Part shown: one piece after another, positions 56,944-64,000 of the stretch | Position numbering within the stretch: position 1 is the first letter of the stretch | Layout: each line of letters starts with the position of its first letter | IMG/VR virus record: IMGVR_UViG_3300029922_000001 | Coordinates: 1-64,000 of that record | Direction: 5' to 3' (one strand) | DNA length: 64,000 nt | Notes under the pieces: model-generated | Told to the model about the DNA's origin: nothing | Seen by the model: the letters and a program-made list of their open reading frames with translations, nothing else | The model's database searches: none | Translations under genes and position numbers: made by a program

Positions 56944-58113
56944 ATGATATTTCAGATCAACAGAATGGCAGCAAAGGCAACCTGTGAGCAAGCCTTTAAA
57001 ACTTGTAATGCTAAAGATAAAGCATCATTAGATTCATATATAATTTTCGACATTAAAAACGGCAAAGCCAAAATCAAAACTATCAATGGTATTGCTGAAC
57101 AAGAAATTGATTTAGTGATTGACCAACAAGATAAAGAAGATGGTGTTTTTGCTATTTCGGGACAAGTTCTTATTGAGTTTTTACGATCTTTTAAGTCACA
57201 AGATATTGTTTGCGATGTTAAGTTGAAGAAAAATGTTATTAACTTCATGTCTGTAGATAAGTCTAGAAAGTTTGCTAGACCTATCACAATTCCTGATTCT
57301 TCAACTTATGCTTCTTTAAATTACATTCCACTTGGAAGTAGTTTGGATTGCGATGGTCAAATCTTGGCTAATTCTTTTAAGGCAACATATTTTGCTGTAT
57401 CGGATGACCCTACATCTGGAGCAATGATGGCTGTTAATTTAAGAATTAAACCTTCAGGTATTACAGCGGAAGCAACAAACCAAAATCGAATCAATCAATA
57501 TTGTACCGCATGTCAATTTGATGATGATATGGGTGATTTTAACTTTTTAATTCCAGCAGAAATTGCCAGTATTCTCAGTGATTTATTAGGGGACGTTTCA
57601 GAAGTTACATTGGAACCTGGTGATAAGCATTTACGAATGAAATGGGATGGAACGATATTCACAACTAACGTTATTGAGGGAGCAGGTAAGCCATTCCCTA
57701 ATTTAACTAAGTTTATCAATGCGGTACCTGATGCCACAGTAAAAATTTCTCGTGGAGATTTGTTAGATGGTTTGAAGTTTGCTGGTTTGACTGTTAAAGA
57801 TTCTTGTGTTGGAATTGCCATCAATGATAAAGGATTGGCAATTTCCGCATCTGACACTGATATTGGTGCTAGTTCTGAAACATTACGATGCGAAGAAACT
57901 GAAGGCGAAAATCAAGCTTTATATTCTTGGAAATTGCTTAATAAGGGTGTGGAAGGCACATGTAGCCCATACATTTTCATTAAAATGTGCGAAATTAAAC
58001 CAGGTATCTCATTGTTACAGATCGTTGATAATGAGTATATTAGTGTTATGATTCCTGTTGTTATGAACGAAGATCAAGAAGAAGATGAAGAAACCACAGA
58101 AACAGAAGACTAG
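56944..58113 (+). CDS. dnaN: DNA polymerase III beta sliding clamp
   Basis: 389 aa; FAVS.D, ATN..RI, G.FPN and C-terminal VMIPV; located between dnaX and holA. Confidence 0.8.
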   Translation: MIFQINRMAAKATCEQAFKTCNAKDKASLDSYIIFDIKNGKAKIKTINGIAEQEIDLVIDQQDKEDGVFAISGQVLIEFLRSFKSQDIVCDVKLKKNVINFMSVDKSRKFARPITIPDSSTYASLNYIPLGSSLDCDGQILANSFKATYFAVSDDPTSGAMMAVNLRIKPSGITAEATNQNRINQYCTACQFDDDMGDFNFLIPAEIASILSDLLGDVSEVTLEPGDKHLRMKWDGTIFTTNVIEGAGKPFPNLTKFINAVPDATVKISRGDLLDGLKFAGLTVKDSCVGIAINDKGLAISASDTDIGASSETLRCEETEGENQALYSWKLLNKGVEGTCSPYIFIKMCEIKPGISLLQIVDNEYISVMIPVVMNEDQEEDEETTETED

Positions 58114-59179
58114 TTATGATCAAATCACCGTTTTATGCGGTGAACCAATGTCTTGTAAATTAACTTTACAAGACATTGGTCTAGATCAGTATGACATTAT
58201 TCGATTAGGTGAACAATCTAATCTAGATGCGCTACATTCAGCCTTTAATGGCTTATCACTTAGTGATAAGGATAACATTGTTGTTGTCAAAGATCCCACC
58301 ACAAAGGTAATCAAAAAGATAGAAAAATACTTAGAAAAGTATCGTTTTACCATTCCAGTATATATTGTGCTAATGGACGGTTACCCCGATTTAAGGTCGT
58401 CATTTTTTAATGCGCTTAGCAAGGAAGGGAAAATAAAAGAGTTCACATATATGATGAAAGGTGATACTAAGAATCTTGAAGCTTACATTAAAGAATGGTG
58501 TAAAGAAAATCCTCATGTGAAATTGAAACAAGAAAATCTTCAGTACATTGTGAATAATGCCCCAACTCGTATGGCGCAAGTTAAAACAAAGTCTGGGAAA
58601 TATGAGAATGCTGTTTACGATTTAATGGCATTAGAAAATGAATTGTCTAAAATAGATATTTACTTTTTAGACAATAAAGAGGTAAATGAAGACTGGTTAA
58701 GTTCCTGCTTCACTTCGTATGGTAATGTAGATAACGTTTGGGATTTCGTACAATATGCAATTAATGGTGATACAGCCAAGGCATTAAGCATGTTGGATAA
58801 TATGTCTAATGTGCAATCAACACTATTCTTGGTATTATCACAACTTAAATTTTTACTAAGTATGAAAGGCGCTAACAGTCATAATGTCAACGATATTTTA
58901 GAGTACATGAAAGAAAATCCATACATAGGACGTTATTTAGATGATTGGATTGAACCTGAAGAAAAACAACCAAGTCCAGCCAATTATTACAGGGTTCAAA
59001 AGGCGACTCAAGAATACAGTGATTTAACTATTGAAATGGTAGCTAAAAAATATTTAGCTACCATTTATGCAATACAGGATTTGAGACAAAGTGTACATCC
59101 TAATGTGGTTTTGACATATTACACATTAGCACTTGGAGACAAGTTAACATATAACCCAATTAATCCTTGGGTTATCTAA
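58085..59179 (+). CDS. holA: DNA polymerase III delta subunit-like
   Basis: LCGE, DL.ALENEL.KI and NVWDFV..AI.GD..KAL; context. Confidence 0.65.
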   Translation: MKKPQKQKTSYDQITVLCGEPMSCKLTLQDIGLDQYDIIRLGEQSNLDALHSAFNGLSLSDKDNIVVVKDPTTKVIKKIEKYLEKYRFTIPVYIVLMDGYPDLRSSFFNALSKEGKIKEFTYMMKGDTKNLEAYIKEWCKENPHVKLKQENLQYIVNNAPTRMAQVKTKSGKYENAVYDLMALENELSKIDIYFLDNKEVNEDWLSSCFTSYGNVDNVWDFVQYAINGDTAKALSMLDNMSNVQSTLFLVLSQLKFLLSMKGANSHNVNDILEYMKENPYIGRYLDDWIEPEEKQPSPANYYRVQKATQEYSDLTIEMVAKKYLATIYAIQDLRQSVHPNVVLTYYTLALGDKLTYNPINPWVI

Positions 59180-59270
59180 TACAAAAATTTTCACCAAACA
59201 TCTTACATGTTTCTATTATACCCGAAGTTATTTGCAAGATTCCTAAAAGAAAAATTTGTATAAATAGTGT

Positions 59271-59876
59271 ATGAGTAGTTACAGTGTGAATGAAAATTAT
59301 GAAAATATCCAAGAGCTAGTAACGAAAATACAATCAGGTGATAATTCCGCTTTATATGATGTTTTTAATTTTTATCAACCACTTATTAAAGCCTCAATTT
59401 ATAGATGTATCAAAAAGGAACCTCAACTACGCTCATACAGTGAAGATATGTTTGGTGAATCCTTATTGGTTATGCAAGACTTAATTAAAGATTATAATTC
59501 TGAACTATCGTATTTTTCTTATTACCTCACTGTTCGATTTGATTATTATTTATTGTCTAAATGTAAGAAAACATATCTTGGAATTAACACTTCCGGTAAT
59601 GGGATCATTGAATTACCTATCAATGAAGATGCTTTGCAAATTTCTCATGATCCTTTTAATCGTAATGAATTCAAAAGAGAAATAGAATCTTGTATAAGTA
59701 AATTAAGCCCAGATCAGCAGATGGTTATTGAATTATATTTTTACAGAGAGCTTACACAAGCGGAAGCTGCAAAGATAATGAACATAAGCCAAGCCGCATT
59801 TAGTAAAAAATTACAAAAAACCTTGAAGGATTTAAAGGAATTGTATGTAAAATTTTCAAATAATTTTTCAGATTAG
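59271..59876 (+). CDS. sigma-70 family sigma factor
   Basis: IQSGDNSA..YQPLI, FSYYL and region 4 LSPDQQ.VI.LYFY.ELTQAEAAK.MNISQ. Confidence 0.85.
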   Translation: MSSYSVNENYENIQELVTKIQSGDNSALYDVFNFYQPLIKASIYRCIKKEPQLRSYSEDMFGESLLVMQDLIKDYNSELSYFSYYLTVRFDYYLLSKCKKTYLGINTSGNGIIELPINEDALQISHDPFNRNEFKREIESCISKLSPDQQMVIELYFYRELTQAEAAKIMNISQAAFSKKLQKTLKDLKELYVKFSNNFSD

Positions 59877-59946
59877 TTATAATATCTTTTAATTAAGTTA
59901 TTCTAATTAATAGATTTAAAGAAATTACGCTTTAGGAGTAGCATAA

Positions 59947-60675
59947 ATGAATTTACAAGAGACTAACGCTAACGCCATTGAACATTGGTTAAATAAGATT
60001 AAGGACACCGATAACGGTAGCCGTTATGCTGCGCGTAAATATGCTGAGAAATATAGAACCGCTGGCTATTCACCTGACACCGCTTTAGATTTGCTTATTA
60101 GCAATGACTTCTCAATTGACGCTTCACAAGGCGCTATTGATGATATTTACGGAATACAACAAACACAAGAAAATGTTAGAACAGCTTCTGTTCAAAAACC
60201 ATTACTACCTTCCTCTTATAAAGATGTTGCTGGTGATGTCGAAAACACATTGAGAGCTTTGGGTTCCAATGAATTCATCAAGCGTTTGTGTAAAGCACAA
60301 AATCCAATTGTTAAATTATCTTCAAAGAGTTTAACCAGAGTAGCTAATTTAGCCGAAAACGCTTTATATGATCCAAATGCTATGAGAGAATTACATAATT
60401 CCCTAGAACCTTGGTTCGAAGAATCTATGTTAAATAGTTATTTATTAGCTGAAAAAATGAACGTCAAAGTATTGAAGTCCAAAACTGATTCTGACAAATT
60501 TAAAGTAGTCACTTCCAAAAACGAAGCTATTGTTAATATTAAGACCGCAGAATCCACAGGAAGTAGATACCAAGAAGGTAATTTTGGCGACTTTGGATTG
60601 GTTGATGAATACATGATTTGCGCCGTTGAAGAACTTTCTCCTGAATTTCATCTCAAGAGAGCATTGGATATTTAA
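59947..60675 (+). CDS. hypothetical protein
   Basis: AGGAG SD; 242-aa ORF. Confidence 0.7.
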   Translation: MNLQETNANAIEHWLNKIKDTDNGSRYAARKYAEKYRTAGYSPDTALDLLISNDFSIDASQGAIDDIYGIQQTQENVRTASVQKPLLPSSYKDVAGDVENTLRALGSNEFIKRLCKAQNPIVKLSSKSLTRVANLAENALYDPNAMRELHNSLEPWFEESMLNSYLLAEKMNVKVLKSKTDSDKFKVVTSKNEAIVNIKTAESTGSRYQEGNFGDFGLVDEYMICAVEELSPEFHLKRALDI

Positions 60676-60728
60676 GGGTTTAAATATTAAAAGCAGGAAA
60701 TTTAATACATCATTTTTAATGAGTATAT

Positions 60729-61523
60729 ATGACTGATGACAATTACGATTTTGACGACGATCTAGAAGACGATGATGAGGCTCTAGAAAATGATTATAAC
60801 CATATTGAAACTGTAGAAAGCACCGCTTTAGCAGTTGTGATTGAGAATGATAATACTTTAACAAGTATAGAACAAAGATTACCTCACTTCAGAACGTTAA
60901 CTGCCAAAAGTCAACCTATTGAACCTTATGAATTAGAAGATCATAGTGGTGAATCCTATTATTCTAGACCTGAAAGTAAGTGCGATGTTTGTAAAAGTCC
61001 CTTCAAAAAACTAGCTGAAACCGCATACCTACATTACGGTAAACGTCCTTGGAGAGTTGTTAAGTTTTTTGAACGTCATTATGGCGTAACCTTAACTCAT
61101 GAAAGCATTAAGCGTCACATGGAAATCCATTGCGACTTTAAGAATATTCAAAAACCGGGACTTGTGACCTATGGCTTAACAACTCCAGAAGTCGAAATGT
61201 GGCTTTTTAGAGAAAAACAATTAGCTATGATCATGGTTTTAGCTGAAATTGACTACATGAAAATGCTTGCCGATCAATGTGGTTCCGATAAAGATATGCG
61301 TTTGAGAATTAGTAATCAAATTATTAAACTACAAAGTGAGATGAATAAGCTTGCTAAAGAAAGAGATGATGAAACTAAAACTTTTAAAATTGGTGATTTC
61401 ATTGCCCATATTAAAATTGCATTAGAAAAACTCACAGATGAAGAATCAAAGAAGATCATGTATGAATCTATTATGGAATTCCAAAAAATGTTACTTGGAA
61501 GTACTACTGTTGGGAGTAAATAA
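60729..61523 (+). CDS. putative terminase small subunit
   Basis: CxxC...H...H N-terminal domain plus coiled coil, immediately upstream of terL. Confidence 0.5.
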   Translation: MTDDNYDFDDDLEDDDEALENDYNHIETVESTALAVVIENDNTLTSIEQRLPHFRTLTAKSQPIEPYELEDHSGESYYSRPESKCDVCKSPFKKLAETAYLHYGKRPWRVVKFFERHYGVTLTHESIKRHMEIHCDFKNIQKPGLVTYGLTTPEVEMWLFREKQLAMIMVLAEIDYMKMLADQCGSDKDMRLRISNQIIKLQSEMNKLAKERDDETKTFKIGDFIAHIKIALEKLTDEESKKIMYESIMEFQKMLLGSTTVGSK

Positions 61524-61525
61524 AG

Positions 61526-63688
61526 ATGGCAAGAGCAAGTAAAAATGCAGTTCACGGTAACAATAATCAAGAACAAGAATTAGTAAATGAAATTGGTGGA
61601 CTATTAGATGGTTTGAAAATTACTAGTTCAAATATTTTTGCGGACATGTTAGAGCAACCTGACATTCCTGAAAGAATTAACATTCAAGCACCATCAAAAC
61701 AACTTAAAGATAAATATAATCCAGATGGTATTGTAGATGTTATTACTTTTTGTGAACATCCATATTACTTAAATCAACCATTAACACCTTGGCAAAAAAT
61801 TATCTTAAAGATATTTTATGGTAATTCTGTTGGTAATCGCCATTTAAGATTGACACAAGATATGACTGATGATTGTTCTGGTTGTGTTTGGAATTTCAAT
61901 TTTGAATCCGAAAAAAGACATTGTGAATCCTTAATTAAAAAATCAATTCCAGTTATTGAACCTAAATTAAATGCTGCGAATTCACCCTGTTTAACCTGTA
62001 GTCGTTTCCCAGAGAACTATAAAAAAGCTAGATATGACTATCTAATTGACTTAATCTATCATGATGATGAATTAGAAGCAGAAGGTGGCGAAATCTCCAA
62101 TGAAGAATTAGAACTCCAAAAGCTTCAAGAACGTCACGTTTCAGATAAATTTGCTACTGAAATGGATTTAATTACTAAAGGTGATTTGCTTCCAGAAGTA
62201 AAAAAACAAATTTTAGATAAAATTAAAATGCGTAGAAGATTCTTTGAATTAGTTTTAGTTATGGGACGTAGAGGTAGCAAGAGTTTTATTGTTTGTATTA
62301 TTGCTCTATACGAAGCTTTTAAACTATTACAAATGGGACATCCACAAAGTAGAATTCCTTCTGCTATTGACTCAACCGTTTTTACTATCTGTAATGTTGC
62401 TGTTTCACAAAAACAGGCTGACTCTGCTATTTTCACTCCTTTGTCAAGTTATGTGAACTCTAGTCCATTCTTTACTCAGTGTATTGGTGGTCAAAATAGT
62501 CAAGAAATTCACTTATTAACAGAACATGATAAACAAGAAAATGTCCTTAGAAAGAAAAAAGGATTAGATCCTCTAACTGGAACTATTCAAATTATATGCG
62601 GACATAGTAACTCGTCTTCATTGGTTGGACGTTCTATGATCGTCGTTATCATTGACGAAATGGCTGAAATGGCTCAAGAAGGTGGGGCTGGTGTTGACTA
62701 TGAATTGTACGAAAAACTACTTCCTGCTATCTCAAGCTTTGGTTTGGAATATGGAAAAATGATTAGTATTTCCAACCCATTAGGTCCTCATGGTAAATTG
62801 TATGATCTATACAAAGATAGTTTTGATTCTAAAAGCAGTTTAATGTTTCAATTGTCAACTCATGAAGCTAACCCATTCATTCCATTAGACTTCCTTGAAG
62901 CGCAAAAAACTAGAAATCCAGTTACTTACGAAATGTTTTATGGAGCTAGGTTTGGAGATGCAGGTAGCTCACCTTGGATACAAGCAGAACATGTGGATAA
63001 AGCCTTTGAAAATGGATATTGTAGAAGTCGCTTAGAAATGGGTGAGCCTGGAGTATCTTATTATGCTCATTTAGATCCCGCTAGAAGTAATGACTATTAC
63101 GCATTAGCCATTGTACATCCTGAAATGACTGGTTATTACAATCCAGATGGTAGCCCTATTAATAAAATAATTGTAGATCATATTCACGTATGGAAGCCTT
63201 TGAATGATCACAAAATAGACAGTAACGAAGTAGATCAATACATCATTAATTTATCTCAAAAAATATTTTTAAAACAAGTTTCTTATGACCAATGGGAAAG
63301 TGAAAACTCAATTAAGAAATTACAAGGTTTCAATATCAATGCTGTATGTACTACGTTTAATCCAGACTACAAACGTTTAGCATATGGAGAATTATATGAA
63401 CTCTTTGTTAGTGGTAGAATTGAATTCTATGGTAAGAACACTATTATAGCACAGCCAAATGGCACAATTATGGAATTAAATGAAATTGATGAAGCTAAAA
63501 AACAATTCAAGTTATTGCAACAAAAATTCCAGGCTAATAAAAGAAAGATTTATACATTACCTAATGCTTTTGATGATATTCCTGACGCCTTAGCTGGTGC
63601 TTGTTATCAGGCATTACAAAAGCAAGTATACCAAACTTCATTTAGACCAAGAGCAGTGTATTTACCATATAGAGGGGGACGCTTCTAA
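61526..63688 (+). CDS. terL: terminase large subunit
   Basis: LTPWQ, MGRRGSKS, VIIDE, ISNP; nuclease motifs HLDPA, YDQW and DDIPDA. Confidence 0.88.
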   Translation: MARASKNAVHGNNNQEQELVNEIGGLLDGLKITSSNIFADMLEQPDIPERINIQAPSKQLKDKYNPDGIVDVITFCEHPYYLNQPLTPWQKIILKIFYGNSVGNRHLRLTQDMTDDCSGCVWNFNFESEKRHCESLIKKSIPVIEPKLNAANSPCLTCSRFPENYKKARYDYLIDLIYHDDELEAEGGEISNEELELQKLQERHVSDKFATEMDLITKGDLLPEVKKQILDKIKMRRRFFELVLVMGRRGSKSFIVCIIALYEAFKLLQMGHPQSRIPSAIDSTVFTICNVAVSQKQADSAIFTPLSSYVNSSPFFTQCIGGQNSQEIHLLTEHDKQENVLRKKKGLDPLTGTIQIICGHSNSSSLVGRSMIVVIIDEMAEMAQEGGAGVDYELYEKLLPAISSFGLEYGKMISISNPLGPHGKLYDLYKDSFDSKSSLMFQLSTHEANPFIPLDFLEAQKTRNPVTYEMFYGARFGDAGSSPWIQAEHVDKAFENGYCRSRLEMGEPGVSYYAHLDPARSNDYYALAIVHPEMTGYYNPDGSPINKIIVDHIHVWKPLNDHKIDSNEVDQYIINLSQKIFLKQVSYDQWESENSIKKLQGFNINAVCTTFNPDYKRLAYGELYELFVSGRIEFYGKNTIIAQPNGTIMELNEIDEAKKQFKLLQQKFQANKRKIYTLPNAFDDIPDALAGACYQALQKQVYQTSFRPRAVYLPYRGGRF

Positions 63689-63697
63689 GCCCCCTCT
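63671..63697. terminator. hairpin overlapping both convergent stop codons
   Basis: AGAGGGGG...CCCCCTCT. Confidence 0.55.
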
Positions 63698-63999
63698 GTA
63701 TCTGAAGTATATAATAAAGTGCGTTCTTTATCTATCAAACCAATTATTTCCCAACAACCTTGAATGATCCAATGTTCCTCTTTAGGATGCCATGCTAACA
63801 CTAAATCTAGATTTAGTTCTTTAATTTTTGGTGCATTAACACGACCAAGAACAATATGATACCAGTCATTGCGTTTAATATAGTTAGTAACAGCATATGC
63901 ACCAAATAAACGTTTTTTAGCACCCTTGTTTGCTTTAATTTCGTCAGGAGAAGCAATCCAATATATTTTCTTATTTAAGTTAGTGGCTTTGCTATATTC
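63685..63999 (-). CDS. 3' part of a hypothetical gene (partial)
   Basis: Open frame EYSKATNLNKKIYWIASP...TSDTEGA* running off the window edge. Confidence 0.65.
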   Translation of the reverse strand, partial: EYSKATNLNKKIYWIASPDEIKANKGAKKRLFGAYAVTNYIKRNDWYHIVLGRVNAPKIKELNLDLVLAWHPKEEHWIIQGCWEIIGLIDKERTLLYTSDTEGA

Positions 64000-64000
64000 T

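Noticed and set aside
29525-62436. Many short antisense or alternate-frame ORFs nested in the replication genes
   Set aside because: They lie fully inside well-supported genes, show antisense-typical composition and lack initiation signals.
1-64000. Stop-codon reassignment
   Set aside because: Conserved genes are full length in the standard code, TAA, TAG and TGA all end genes, and no suppressor tRNA is seen.

Overview
AT-rich segment of a large (jumbo-type) tailed phage genome, standard genetic code. The left ~27 kb is accessory. It holds ADP-ribosylglycohydrolase, Pth2, an array of nine tRNA/tRNA-like genes, an RNA ligase, a methyltransferase, Ro60 with two candidate Y-like RNAs, a divergent capsid paralog, two free-standing endonucleases and a solo TnpB. 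The right ~37 kb is a replication/recombination block: split Rad50 with Mre11, a DnaC-like loader, DnaB, split primase, DnaE, SSB, RecA, RecJ, intein-containing NrdJ, DnaX, DnaN, HolA and three sigma-like factors, followed by terminase. The most notable finding is at 7122-8177. A sigma70 promoter drives a 41-codon leader peptide containing YPYHPYPYHP, followed by an antiterminator/terminator pair and then an array whose anticodons read as His, Tyr and Pro (two assignments ambiguous). This looks like ribosome-mediated attenuation that switches on phage tRNA genes when exactly those tRNAs become limiting. Other notable signals: every tRNA element ends in CGAGA instead of CCA; TATAAT-N5/6-start leaderless architecture is pervasive; and there is an orphan TnpB omegaRNA-like element with its own promoter. 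All protein calls come from motif recognition by eye; no database searches were run. Several starts were moved from the ORF track, as noted per feature.
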